In this document: in pieces, positions 28,934 through 38,388 of the stretch | Numbering within the stretch: the stretch's first letter is position 1 | Layout of the letters: every line of letters begins with the position of its first letter | From: Candidatus Colwellbacteria bacterium | GTDB lineage: Bacteria > Patescibacteriota > Minisyncoccia > UBA6257 > Colwellbacteraceae | Length of the DNA stretch: 64,000 nt | Reading direction: 5' to 3' | Assembly (NCBI GenBank): GCA_016176505.1 | Contig: JACOXB010000006.1 | Location: forward strand, 7,240-71,239 | Notes under the pieces: model-generated | Seen by the model: only the letters and a program-made list of their open reading frames with translations | What the model was told of the DNA's origin: nothing | Database searches by the model: none | Translations under genes and position numbers: made by a program

Positions 28934-29164
28934 GTGCTGAAGTGGTACATTGGACTCGCGATCGCAGGTCAGGTGGCGCTGGTCCTCGTTGCCGTGGCTG
29001 GGTCTATCGCGACGGTCGTTGTCGGTGCTCACTGGCTTGGTGTGGTAGCGATCCTGCTTTTCGCCGGGTTCTTCTTCGTCATCGTCACGCAGGCCAAGAG
29101 GTGGTGTCGAGGAGAGCTCGCCAAGCTCGACCGTCGAGAAATGAGAGGGATGACCAATGGCTGA
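28934..29164 (+). CDS. GC-rich small two-TM protein (hypothetical)
   Basis: Putative GTG start; two hydrophobic helices; about 62% GC. Start and coding status are uncertain. Confidence 0.3.
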   Translation: MLKWYIGLAIAGQVALVLVAVAGSIATVVVGAHWLGVVAILLFAGFFFVIVTQAKRWCRGELAKLDRREMRGMTNG

Positions 29165-29420
29165 GACGCGTTCGAGCGAAGCCGTTCGAGCCATAGCCGA
29201 GAGGCATCACAGCCAACGGCGCTCGGGATCCTGGAACAGGCACAGCTCCGGGAAGTTCGACTTCTGTTCGAACGCTGAGTGCGTTCGGATGCGCGCGGCG
29301 ATCAAGGCCCTCGAAGAGCTCGAGGTCGAAGTCGAGCGCCTTAAGGCCGAGATACGCGTACTTCAGCAGGGTTCGAGCATGCCTATGCCCGACCCTAGCG
29401 AGAAAGTGGAAGCGCTGTAG
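29157..29420 (+). CDS. GC-rich small coiled-coil protein (hypothetical)
   Basis: 87 aa with C-terminal heptad repeats, followed by a GC-rich multi-hairpin at 29425-29468. Confidence 0.35.
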   Translation: MAETRSSEAVRAIAERHHSQRRSGSWNRHSSGKFDFCSNAECVRMRAAIKALEELEVEVERLKAEIRVLQQGSSMPMPDPSEKVEAL

Positions 29421-29474
29421 GGCGCTTCCCACGCGGCCCCCGGAAGGCCCGCCTTCTGTGGGGCCTTTCCGTTT

Positions 29475-29503
29475 CTGACTTCTAAAGATTTTAACTCTAT
29501 AAT
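29475..29503 (+). promoter_or_regulatory. Sigma-70-like promoter for gltX
   Basis: CTGACT, then 17 bp, then a perfect TATAAT, 7 bp before the ATG. Confidence 0.45.
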
Positions 29504-29509
29504 TGACAT

Positions 29510-30922
29510 ATGACCGAGAAACCGCGGGTGCGAGTGAGATTTGCCCCTTCGCCGACTGGTTGGCTTCATATTGGCGGGGCCCGAACCGCGCTTTTTAACT
29601 GGCTTTTTGCCAAATCCCAGAAGGGCGATTTTATTCTCCGAATTGAAGATACGGACAAAGAGCGTTCGAAGCCTGAATTTGAAGAAGATATTAAAACCGG
29701 TTTAACTTGGCTTGGTTTAAACTGGGATGAGCTTTACCGCCAAAGCGAAAGAGTAGAGGATTACCGCCGCTATCTTGAAGATCTGCTGCGCCAAGGCTGG
29801 CTTTATTATTGTTTCTGCACTAAAGAAGAGCTTGAAGCTGAACGCCAGGCCATGATGGCTCAGGGCCTTGCGCCAAAGTATTCTAGCCGTTGCCGCAATC
29901 TTTCAAAAGAAGAAGTTGAGAAAAAATTAGCCCAAGGCGAACCATCGGTTCTGCGTTTTAAAGTTGCCGAAACTAAATTAACTTTTAAAGATTTAATCCG
30001 AGGGAGCATCACTTTTGACACTTCTTTAATCGGCGACATTATTGTGGCCCGCAATTTGGATGAACCGCTTTATAACTTTGCCGTTACGGTTGACGATGCC
30101 CTAATGCGCATCACGCATGTGATCCGCGGCGAAGAACATATTTCGAACACGCCGCGTCAGATTTTACTCGCCAAAGCCATGGGTGCCGAACCGCCGCAGT
30201 TTGCCCACTTGCCCCTGATTCTAAATCCGGATCGGAGCAAAATGTCGAAAAGATTTTCTGATACGGCTCTTCGCGATTACGTTAAAGCCGGCTATACCAA
30301 AGATGCCATGGTTAATTTTCTTACTTATCTAGGCTGGCACCCGAAAGAAGACAAGGACGCGATGACGGCCGAAGAGATTATTAAAGAGTTTGACCTGAAG
30401 CGGGTTCAAAAAGCCGGTGCTATTTTTAGCGTCGATAAGCTCGACTGGCTGAATGCGCATTATTTGAAACAAATGCCGCCTGATGTGTTTATGAAACTAG
30501 CCCAACCCTTTTTGCTAGAGAACTGGAAGTTAAATGAAGCTATGGTTCGGGCTGTCCGCGGCCGGGTTGAAAAACTCGGAGATCTAAAAGAGCTGGTTGG
30601 CTTCTATTTTGAAATGCCGGATTACAAGCCCGAGCTCTTAAAATGGCAGGAGATGACCTTTGAACAAGTGGTCGAGAACCTGGAGAAAGCCTCGGTCTTG
30701 ATTGCCGACCTTAGCGAGGCAAAATTCGAAGAAAAAGCCCTTGAAGATTACTTTTTCGAGCGGATCGGCCGAGAAAATAGGGGCGAAATGCTCTGGCCTT
30801 TGCGGGTGGCTTTGTCTGGAAAAACGGCCTCTCCAGGGCCTTTTGAGATTTTAGCGGCTCTGGGCAAGGAAGAATCCCTGAAGAGGGTTGAAAAAGCTGT
30901 CAGTAAAGCTAAAATAGATTAA
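29510..30922 (+). CDS. gltX: Glutamyl-tRNA synthetase
   Basis: HIGH motif (TGWLHIGGARTA) and KMSKR (KMSKS-like). Confidence 0.85.
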   Translation: MTEKPRVRVRFAPSPTGWLHIGGARTALFNWLFAKSQKGDFILRIEDTDKERSKPEFEEDIKTGLTWLGLNWDELYRQSERVEDYRRYLEDLLRQGWLYYCFCTKEELEAERQAMMAQGLAPKYSSRCRNLSKEEVEKKLAQGEPSVLRFKVAETKLTFKDLIRGSITFDTSLIGDIIVARNLDEPLYNFAVTVDDALMRITHVIRGEEHISNTPRQILLAKAMGAEPPQFAHLPLILNPDRSKMSKRFSDTALRDYVKAGYTKDAMVNFLTYLGWHPKEDKDAMTAEEIIKEFDLKRVQKAGAIFSVDKLDWLNAHYLKQMPPDVFMKLAQPFLLENWKLNEAMVRAVRGRVEKLGDLKELVGFYFEMPDYKPELLKWQEMTFEQVVENLEKASVLIADLSEAKFEEKALEDYFFERIGRENRGEMLWPLRVALSGKTASPGPFEILAALGKEESLKRVEKAVSKAKID

Positions 30923-30955
30923 GATTTCCCAGACCGACCCGATATATTTCTAAAA

Positions 30956-32260
30956 TTGTCAAAAAAGTATTCAAAATTTGCCCTTCTCTCATTAGTTTTG
31001 CTTGGTGTTTTAGTTTTTGATTTGAGCCCGGTCTCGGCTGAAAAAGAACTGGCCCTTGATGGCGAGGCGATTGATGAATTGAAAGATGTGATTGATTCGA
31101 AAACCCAAGAGCTTCTCGAAATCAATAAAAAAATTGCCGAGACTCAATTAAAAATTACTGAAGTCCAGGGCAAGGGCGATACTATAGAAAACGCCATTGC
31201 CCAGCTTGATTACGAAATCACGCAATTAAATTACGGCATTCGCTCAAGTGAAATCAGCATTGATAAATTAGTGCTTGAACTCGAGTCATTGGGTTATGAG
31301 CTTGGCGATGTGAAGCAAGATATGGCCAAGAAATCGGCTATTGTCGGCGGACTTCTGCGCGAGATGCAGCAAAAAGACCGCGAAGGCTTGCTCGAACTGT
31401 TTTTGCGAAATCAAAGTCTGGCTGACGGCATGTTCGAGTATCAGGGAATTAAAGTGATTCAGGACGATCTTTCAAACGAGGTCTCTGGTTTGGGTCAGAT
31501 TAGGGACCGGTTGGATCAAACAATTAATTTAACTGATCAAAAGAAAACCGGTTTGGAAAATGAGAATGTAACTTTGCGTTCGCGTAAATCCATTGCCGCT
31601 GACCAGCAAGATGAAAAAGACCGACTCTTGGCAATGAACAAAGCTGAGGAAGGTGCTTATCAGACTGCGCTTCAGCAACTGCGGGCCCAGCAGCAGTCAA
31701 TCATGGAAGAGATTAATAGCATTGAAGCGAAGTTGAAAGCCGGGTTCGATACGTCGAAAGCGCCGGTGCGGACCGCTGGCAGATTATCCTGGCCTTTAGG
31801 TGAGGGGGTGGGCCGGATTACTCAGAATTATGGCGAGACGGCTTATGCTTATCAGTTTTATAAAGGCAAACCTCACAACGGCACAGATATTGGTGCGCCG
31901 ATTGGTACACCGGTTTATGCGGCCGCTGACGGCACAGTTGCCCGGGCTGACAACAACGGTCGCTATCAGTACGGCCGCTACATTATGATTGATCACGGCG
32001 GCGGTTTATCAACTCTTTATGCTCATCTTTCCGGGCAAGTGGTTTCCTCTGGTCAGAGCGTGAAAAGAGGGGATTTGATTGGCTATGTCGGCTCAACCGG
32101 CTTCTCCACCGGGCCCCATCTCCACTTTGGCGCTTACGCCACGCCTTCTGGCGGCTGGGGCACTACTGATTCAAGAGAACGGGGCGGCTTTATTTCCCTG
32201 CCGCCAGCCTCAGGTCTGGTGCCGGTTGGTGTCACCTTCGACGCCATGGGCTACCTGTAG
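30956..32260 (+). CDS. M23-family metalloendopeptidase with N-terminal coiled coil (EnvC-like)
   Basis: HNGTDIGAP ... DHGGG ... YAHL M23 catalytic motifs and a signal peptide. Confidence 0.75.
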   Translation: MSKKYSKFALLSLVLLGVLVFDLSPVSAEKELALDGEAIDELKDVIDSKTQELLEINKKIAETQLKITEVQGKGDTIENAIAQLDYEITQLNYGIRSSEISIDKLVLELESLGYELGDVKQDMAKKSAIVGGLLREMQQKDREGLLELFLRNQSLADGMFEYQGIKVIQDDLSNEVSGLGQIRDRLDQTINLTDQKKTGLENENVTLRSRKSIAADQQDEKDRLLAMNKAEEGAYQTALQQLRAQQQSIMEEINSIEAKLKAGFDTSKAPVRTAGRLSWPLGEGVGRITQNYGETAYAYQFYKGKPHNGTDIGAPIGTPVYAAADGTVARADNNGRYQYGRYIMIDHGGGLSTLYAHLSGQVVSSGQSVKRGDLIGYVGSTGFSTGPHLHFGAYATPSGGWGTTDSRERGGFISLPPASGLVPVGVTFDAMGYL

Positions 32261-32475
32261 GATTGGCGATTATTTGAGATAATATTCGAGATTGATTAGT
32301 GATATAATCAGAATGTGCCTGACTTCAGCCCCATTTTTGATACGCTAAAAGAAATTCTCTCTGCCGGAGCCGTCTTACTTGAAAAACTCGGCCGTTTCTT
32401 CATTGCTTTAATTAATTTAGTGATTGATTTACTCGGAAAGATCGGCGGCAAAGATTAAAATTTGACATTCTATAA

Positions 32476-33066
32476 ATGGAGGAATTAAACAACGCCGTTG
32501 AAAGCGACGAATTAGTTTTAATTCTTCACGGTGCCTCAAAAGGCATTAATTCAGAACCGGTAACCTCGATTTTTAATCGATTAAAGACAGCGTCGAAGAG
32601 GGTATCTGCGATCGAATTTTCTTTTATTACTAAAAAGACGGATCCTGATCCCGATCAAATCGTTGAAACCGAAGAATTAGAGAATTATTTAAAAGCTCAG
32701 CGCTATAAGAGATTAACAGTCATTGCTCACTCCAATGGCGGCCTCGTGGCATTAGTCGCCACCACTCGAGGCCTCGTTATCAATCACTTAATTCTGCTCG
32801 GTTTAACTTCGGTCACAAAAGAGGGGACTAAGCAAATCATCGCAGAAATAGTTCGGAAGATAACCTCCGAAGGAAATAGGGTAACCATAATACAACCAGA
32901 AAACGATCCCTATTCAACCCCCTTAGAAGTTAAAAACTTTATAAACGAGTTCGATTTAGACGTTGAGCTTTATACCATTCCAGGAGATCATTACTTCAGG
33001 GGAGCCGAGCCTAAACTTTCAGATCTAATATATGAATTAGTATCTGCTACTGAGCATGCTCAGTAG
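32476..33066 (+). CDS. Alpha/beta-fold serine hydrolase (hypothetical)
   Basis: GxSxG (AHSNGG). The stop codon lies inside the palindrome ctgctactgagcatgctcagtag. Confidence 0.5.
   Translation: MEELNNAVESDELVLILHGASKGINSEPVTSIFNRLKTASKRVSAIEFSFITKKTDPDPDQIVETEELENYLKAQRYKRLTVIAHSNGGLVALVATTRGLVINHLILLGLTSVTKEGTKQIIAEIVRKITSEGNRVTIIQPENDPYSTPLEVKNFINEFDLDVELYTIPGDHYFRGAEPKLSDLIYELVSATEHAQ
33044..33066. repeat. Palindrome ctgctactgagcatgctcagtag, copy 1; second copy at 34118-34143
   Basis: Perfect inverted repeat centred on gcatgc. Together with copy 2 it brackets the dehydrogenase gene and precedes the AbrB-like gene. Confidence 0.5.
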
Positions 33067-33129
33067 TAGGTTCGATCTAAGAGTGGGATCAATTTCCTGC
33101 CGGTTTGTGGTCTGATATAATTTGCTTAT

Positions 33130-34071
33130 ATGAATATGAAGTTCAAGAAGGCCTTACTTATAAACATCGATGGCCCCGCCCTAGATAAGAAATATTGGGA
33201 AAAGCTCGACCAGCTCATAGATAAAAGAGTTTATCTTCCGAAAGACAGTTCTGATATCGAGAAAGAATTACCAGATACAGATTGCCTGCTTGTTGGTTTC
33301 GGCGTGCCGGTCACCAAAGAGCAGATAGACCGAGCCCCCGATCTTAAATACATAGGCGTTTTAGCTACCGCCTTTGGGAAAATTGATGTCGATTATGCAG
33401 GAAAAAGAAATATTCCTGTTTGTAATCTAGCGGGATATAGTACTGAGTCGGTTGCAGAATTTACAATCGCCGCCATCCTAGAGCACATACGAGGACTCGA
33501 GGAGGGTAAAAAGAGAGGTAGGGAGGGGAAATATCCAGAGGAGGGGATGAGCGCAAAAGAAATAAAAGGTAAAGTATTCGGGATAATAGGCTTAGGAAGC
33601 ATCGGAAGACGAGTCGGAGAGTTAGCGCAAGGTTTTAATGCCGATGTTAGATATTGGTCCAGAAATAAGAAAGAGGTTCCTTTCGGATATCGAGACGCCG
33701 ATTCCCTAATCGCTGAGGCTGATTTTCTGTCTATAAATCTTGCTCAAACACCAGATACAGAGAGCTTCTTAAATAAAAGAAGGCTCGATAGTCTTAAAGA
33801 AGGAGCGGTCGTTATAAACACGACACCGATGGAATTAGTTGATATCGACGCCCTAGCGGAGAAACTTTCTAAAAACGATATAACTTTTATTCTTGATCAT
33901 TCGGACGAAATGAGTAAAGAGGATTTGGCAAAGCTTTCTAAATACGAAAACTGTATTATTTATCCTCCTATTGCTTATATAACAGGAGAGGCCCGGATCA
34001 ATAAACAAGAACTGTTTATCAGTAATATTCAGAGCTTCCTCAGTGGTAAACCCACGAATAAAGTTAACTAG
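33130..34071 (+). CDS. D-isomer-specific 2-hydroxyacid dehydrogenase family protein
   Basis: NAD-binding GIIGLGSIGRRVG and catalytic-domain layout. Confidence 0.7.
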   Translation: MNMKFKKALLINIDGPALDKKYWEKLDQLIDKRVYLPKDSSDIEKELPDTDCLLVGFGVPVTKEQIDRAPDLKYIGVLATAFGKIDVDYAGKRNIPVCNLAGYSTESVAEFTIAAILEHIRGLEEGKKRGREGKYPEEGMSAKEIKGKVFGIIGLGSIGRRVGELAQGFNADVRYWSRNKKEVPFGYRDADSLIAEADFLSINLAQTPDTESFLNKRRLDSLKEGAVVINTTPMELVDIDALAEKLSKNDITFILDHSDEMSKEDLAKLSKYENCIIYPPIAYITGEARINKQELFISNIQSFLSGKPTNKVN

Positions 34072-34117
34072 GTGTATTCCGAGGGAGGGCTAAGCCATTC
34101 CTATTCGAATGTCCATC

Positions 34118-34143
34118 CTGCTACTGAGCATGCTCAGTAGCAG
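34118..34143. repeat. Palindrome ctgctactgagcatgctcagtagcag, copy 2 (candidate operator)
   Basis: Same 26-bp inverted repeat as 33044-33066, about 30 bp upstream of the AbrB-like ORF. Confidence 0.5.
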
Positions 34144-34173
34144 GTTCAGTAGCAATCCTCTAAGATATTAGAG

Positions 34174-34347
34174 ATGGTAAAGAAACCTCATATCCGAAAA
34201 CTCACCCGCATGGGCGGCGGCCGCTCGCTCGGTCTCGTCCTCCCCGCCGATTTAGTCCGCGACCTCAACTGGCGCGAACGCCAAAAAGTCGTGGTCAAGA
34301 AGGTCGGGAAAAGGATAGTCGTCGAGGATTGGCCAGTTCGAGAGTGA
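34174..34347 (+). CDS. AbrB/MazE/SpoVT-family small DNA-binding protein (57 aa)
   Basis: MVKKPHIRKLTRMGGGRSLGLVLPADLVRDLNW... has a swapped-hairpin-like core. About 60% GC. Not in the ORF track (shorter than 60 aa). Immediately upstream of the methyltransferase. Confidence 0.45.
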   Translation: MVKKPHIRKLTRMGGGRSLGLVLPADLVRDLNWRERQKVVVKKVGKRIVVEDWPVRE

Positions 34348-34359
34348 GGGGGTAATTTC

Positions 34360-35313
34360 ATGAAAAAACCATCATCAAATAAAAGCCTACATAAAGCAAA
34401 AGATATCAAGAATGATGAATTTTATACTCGTTTTGATGATATTCAGGCAGAACTAAATTTTTATAAAGACCAGTTTAAAGGCAAAGTAATTTACTGTAAT
34501 TGCGATGATCCGGCCGAAAGCGCCTTCATTGATTTTTTCAAATTGAATTTCGATTACTTAGGTATTAAAAAGTTAATTGGTACTCGCTATCAAAAATCAA
34601 ACCTCTTTTTGTTTGCCGACCCTGCTAGACGGAACGGTTATAGGTTAGAAATAACAGCGAAAAATAAAGACGACAAAAAACCCGTCAAAATAAATTTGAA
34701 AGGAGACGGTGACTTTCGTTCGCCGGAATGCATTGAGTTATTAGAAGAGGCGGACATTGTTATTACTAACCCGCCGTTTTCACTGTTTCGTGAATATGTC
34801 GCTCAATTGATGAAATACAATAAAAAGTTTTTGATAATTGGAAACGATAACGCCATTAAATATAAAGGGATTTTTGAGCTAATAAAAGAAAATAAAGTAT
34901 GGCTTGGTTACACTAGAGCTAAGGAGTTTTATAGACCAGACGGCTCAACACAAAAATTTGGCAATGTTGGTTGGTATACTAATTTAGATGTTAAAAAGCG
35001 ACATGAAGAGTTGTTTTTGTATAAAACATACAAAGACAATAAAAAAGATTACCCAAAATATGATAATTATGACGCAATTGAAGTCTCAAGAATAAAGAAC
35101 ATACCAATGGATTATGAAGGATCAATGGGTGTTCCAATTACTTTCTTAAACAAGCACAACCCTGGGCAATTTGATATTATTGATCTACTAAATAGATATA
35201 CCTTGCTTGATACGCAAAAGACAAATGAAGATGTTAGAGCAAGACATTCCCACACTTGTAATATAAACGGTAAGGCCGTCTATTCTAGGATCGTGATTAA
35301 AAGAAAAAAATAA
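34360..35313 (+). CDS. EcoRI-family N6-adenine DNA methyltransferase (M.EcoRI-like)
   Basis: Collinear with M.EcoRI as I recall it: KSLHKAKDIKNDEFYT, VIYCNCDDP, NPPFSLFREY, FLIIGN, YPKYDNYDAI, MGVPITFL. About 33% GC, well below the window average. Confidence 0.8.
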   Translation: MKKPSSNKSLHKAKDIKNDEFYTRFDDIQAELNFYKDQFKGKVIYCNCDDPAESAFIDFFKLNFDYLGIKKLIGTRYQKSNLFLFADPARRNGYRLEITAKNKDDKKPVKINLKGDGDFRSPECIELLEEADIVITNPPFSLFREYVAQLMKYNKKFLIIGNDNAIKYKGIFELIKENKVWLGYTRAKEFYRPDGSTQKFGNVGWYTNLDVKKRHEELFLYKTYKDNKKDYPKYDNYDAIEVSRIKNIPMDYEGSMGVPITFLNKHNPGQFDIIDLLNRYTLLDTQKTNEDVRARHSHTCNINGKAVYSRIVIKRKK

Positions 35314-35316
35314 ACT

Positions 35317-36426
35317 ATGGATACGATACATCAACGAATAAAAGTAAAAGATGTTTTTAATGGCTACCTAGATAAAGATTGGGACGGCGTTGTCGGTTAT
35401 GGCGGAAAATTAGATATTCGCCCAATTTACCAGCGTGAGTTTATCTACAACCCAGAAAATGAGCGAGCGGTTATAGACACAATTTTGAAGGAGCATCCGC
35501 TAAATCTGATGTATTGGGTCAAAAATAAGAACCACAATTTTGAATTATTGGATGGGCAACAGCGAACCTTGTCAATTTGCCGTTTTCTTGATCATAAATA
35601 TCACATTGAACTCAACGGAGAAAAAAGATATTGTGATACATTATTGAAGGAAGATTTGGATAAAATAAAAAATTACGAACTAGATGTCTATATTTGCGAA
35701 GGAAAAGAAAAAGAAATTTTAGAATGGTTTAAAACCATAAATATTAAAGGTAAAGAATTAAACCCTCAAGAATTATTAAACGCCACTCATACAGGAACTT
35801 GGCTTACCGACGCAAAAAGGTATTTTAGCAAGCCAAATTGTGCCGCCAAGGGTTTGGGAGAAGATTATATTAACGCAAGCGTGGAACGACAGGAATTTTT
35901 AGAAACCGCTTTGAAATGGATAAACAATGGAGACGCGCAAGGTTATATGGCGATTCACAGAAACGACGCGAACGCAAAAGAACTACAAGATTATTTTGCT
36001 AATGTAATTAAATGGATTAAAAAAACTTTTACTACCCATCGCAGAGAAATGAAAAATGTGAACTGGGGCGAGCTATATAATCAATTCAAGGATGTGAAGC
36101 TTGATGCCGGTAAATTGGAGAAAGAAATTGCCAAACTGATGGAGGACGAAGAAATTGGTGATCAAAAAGGAATTTATGATTATGTCTTGACGAGAAATGA
36201 GCGAAGCTTGAATCTGCGAACTTTTGACGAAAAAACCAAACGCCGAACTTACGAAAAACAAAAAGGAATTTGTCCACATTGTAAGGGAGAGAATAAGAAA
36301 AAGAAATGGAAATTTGAGGAAATGGAAGGTGATCATAAAAAACTTTGGAGCGAGGGAGGAAAAACAATCCCAGAAAATTGCCAAATGTTATGCAAGGACT
36401 GTCATCGAGAAAAATCTGGAAAATAA
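35317..36426 (+). CDS. DUF262 (DGQQR, ParB-like) plus C-terminal HNH nuclease fusion; GmrSD-like type IV restriction candidate
   Basis: LLDGQQRTL motif at the N-terminus. C-terminal CPHCKG ... GDHKKLWSEGG ... NCQMLCKDCHREK is a canonical HNH. AT-rich like the MTase, 4 bp downstream of it. Confidence 0.7.
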   Translation: MDTIHQRIKVKDVFNGYLDKDWDGVVGYGGKLDIRPIYQREFIYNPENERAVIDTILKEHPLNLMYWVKNKNHNFELLDGQQRTLSICRFLDHKYHIELNGEKRYCDTLLKEDLDKIKNYELDVYICEGKEKEILEWFKTINIKGKELNPQELLNATHTGTWLTDAKRYFSKPNCAAKGLGEDYINASVERQEFLETALKWINNGDAQGYMAIHRNDANAKELQDYFANVIKWIKKTFTTHRREMKNVNWGELYNQFKDVKLDAGKLEKEIAKLMEDEEIGDQKGIYDYVLTRNERSLNLRTFDEKTKRRTYEKQKGICPHCKGENKKKKWKFEEMEGDHKKLWSEGGKTIPENCQMLCKDCHREKSGK

Positions 36427-36516
36427 TACGAACGGGGGAGATAGTAAGGGAGATTAAAATTGTTGAGAGCGGGTCAGATTGATGGGGGAAGAGGTAGGGT
36501 TTAGAATAAGGTCATC

Positions 36517-37542
36517 ATGGAACGCAAAACATTAATTCAACAAATAGAGGGATTAAGGAGCTCCAAGGTAATCACTTATATCACTAGCGATCGGCAGGGG
36601 CCGGTGAGCGCTAAAGTGGCTATGGATATCATTCCCGTCATGAGCCGACAGCTTCGAGATATCGGAAAAACCGAAAACATCGATTTATTTCTTTATAGTA
36701 CGGGGGGAGATACTATGGTGCCGTGGCGTTTGGTCTCTATGGTCAGGGAATACTGCGAGAAGTTTTCCGTACTAATACCATACAAAGCCCATAGTGCGGC
36801 AACTATGATTGCGCTCGGGGCGGATGAAGTAGTGATGAGCGATCTCTCTGAGCTGTCACCGATCGATCCGTCAACGGCAAACGTTTTTAACCCAATCGAT
36901 CCAAAAAATCCGCAGAATAGAGTTGCCATCTCCGTCGAAGACGTAATGGCCTATTTCGATCTAGTTAAAAACAAATTTGGGGTGAAAAACGACGAGGACC
37001 TCACTAAAGTCTTCGTAAAGTTTATCGAGTCGAACCCTCAGATTCACCCTCTAGCACTAGGTAACGTAAATCGTATCCATAATTTAATTCGTATTCTTGC
37101 GCAGAGGCTTCTAAAAAGCCACAGGTCGCCCATGAAAGAGGAAGAAATAAATAAAGTGGTTGATTACTTTACGGAAAAACTTTACTCACACCAATACTTT
37201 ATCGGTCGCAAAGAAGCCAAAGAAGATCTGGGGCTAAAAACGGTAGTTTTTGCTGATAGCGCACTTTCTAAAGCGATGACCGATCTTTACGGAGAATATG
37301 AGAAAGAAATGGAACTCGGTGTAATATGGAATCCGGAAAATGAGCTCGGCCTAAACGCTGCACAGAATAGAAAAACATATAAGATTGCCTTTATTGAGGG
37401 CAACCAACCCTCGAATTATTTTGAACTTGAAGTCGAATATCGCAGGCAGCAGATGAATGTAGCCCAACAAACTCCTCAAGGCTCGATCCAGGTTCCGCAA
37501 GAACAGGTTATTTGGCGGGTTGTCGGCCAGGGGTGGAGATAA
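36517..37542 (+). CDS. ClpP-fold serine protease (SDH / S49-like family)
   Basis: LFLYSTGGDTMVPWRL ... YKAHSAATMIALGADEV aligns with the ClpP/S49 oxyanion and catalytic-Ser regions. Confidence 0.55.
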   Translation: MERKTLIQQIEGLRSSKVITYITSDRQGPVSAKVAMDIIPVMSRQLRDIGKTENIDLFLYSTGGDTMVPWRLVSMVREYCEKFSVLIPYKAHSAATMIALGADEVVMSDLSELSPIDPSTANVFNPIDPKNPQNRVAISVEDVMAYFDLVKNKFGVKNDEDLTKVFVKFIESNPQIHPLALGNVNRIHNLIRILAQRLLKSHRSPMKEEEINKVVDYFTEKLYSHQYFIGRKEAKEDLGLKTVVFADSALSKAMTDLYGEYEKEMELGVIWNPENELGLNAAQNRKTYKIAFIEGNQPSNYFELEVEYRRQQMNVAQQTPQGSIQVPQEQVIWRVVGQGWR

Positions 37543-37551
37543 GGAATACCT

Positions 37552-37974
37552 ATGTCGACCATTAAACCAAAAATAAATTACGCCTTTCTATGTGATTATG
37601 CCTTTATTAGTGGGGGCGATAAGTTAAATATTATCGGGATTTTTAAAAACATAAACACGCAGAATCTTCCAGCTCAACACCCTTTGATGTTTGTGGTTAC
37701 TAGTATAGCCGTGGCGACTAAGGGTAACTTTAAAGTAAATATCAAATTTGTTCGCCGGCTAGATAATGTGGAGATAATCCCGCCCCTAGATTTCGATATT
37801 TCCATGGTTTCAGATGAGGGATCTAGAGAGGGGGAACTTGGCGTAATAGGTCAAATTGCAAATCTAAAATTCGAGGAAGCCGGGATGTACGATGTCCTAG
37901 TTCTTGTTAACGGAGAGAACATAGGAAGTTTGCCTCTCCAAGTACTCCATTTAAAGAAAAATGCCGCGAAATAA
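37552..37974 (+). CDS. Hypothetical 140-aa protein (second gene of the protease operon)
   Basis: 10-bp spacing from the protease gene; soluble; no family recognised. Confidence 0.4.
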   Translation: MSTIKPKINYAFLCDYAFISGGDKLNIIGIFKNINTQNLPAQHPLMFVVTSIAVATKGNFKVNIKFVRRLDNVEIIPPLDFDISMVSDEGSREGELGVIGQIANLKFEEAGMYDVLVLVNGENIGSLPLQVLHLKKNAAK

Positions 37975-38344
37975 AAAAGCGGAGAAGCCGAAATCATCAT
38001 TTCAATTTCTGGCAACAGAGAGTGAGTCGACTGGTGATATAACGCCGCTGGAAAAACGAGTAAGTCCTATCGAGATCAGGGTTGGGCAACTCGAGGTAAA
38101 ACTAGAGGCGCTAGAAGAACGACTGAAAGGCGAACGAGCTCTAAAATTATGGGTGATAGGTACCGTACTAGCGATTGTTGCAGGCATTTTCGGGGCCCTT
38201 ACGATATACATCAATTTAACCAAAGATTCACAGGACTCATACCGAGAGCTTCAGAATAATTATTACGAGAAACTACTGGAGCTAAGGAAAGATATTTTAT
38301 CAGAGAAAAACGCTAGCTCTCAACCACCTCAAAGCGCTAAGTGA
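37961..38344 (+). CDS. Coiled-coil protein with one TM helix (127 aa)
   Basis: Overlaps the previous gene by 14 nt; heptad region then a TM segment. Confidence 0.4.
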   Translation: MPRNKKAEKPKSSFQFLATESESTGDITPLEKRVSPIEIRVGQLEVKLEALEERLKGERALKLWVIGTVLAIVAGIFGALTIYINLTKDSQDSYRELQNNYYEKLLELRKDILSEKNASSQPPQSAK

Positions 38345-38388
38345 GCAGGATCCTCGGACAGCCGTAATTTAATTGAGAAATAAAATTT

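Noticed and set aside
36073-36457. Minus-strand ORFs (93 and 103 aa) and a 77-aa plus ORF overlapping the 3' end of the DUF262-HNH gene
   Set aside because: The long open frames are expected in AT-poor-stop regions. The HNH motif frame is clearly the coding one.
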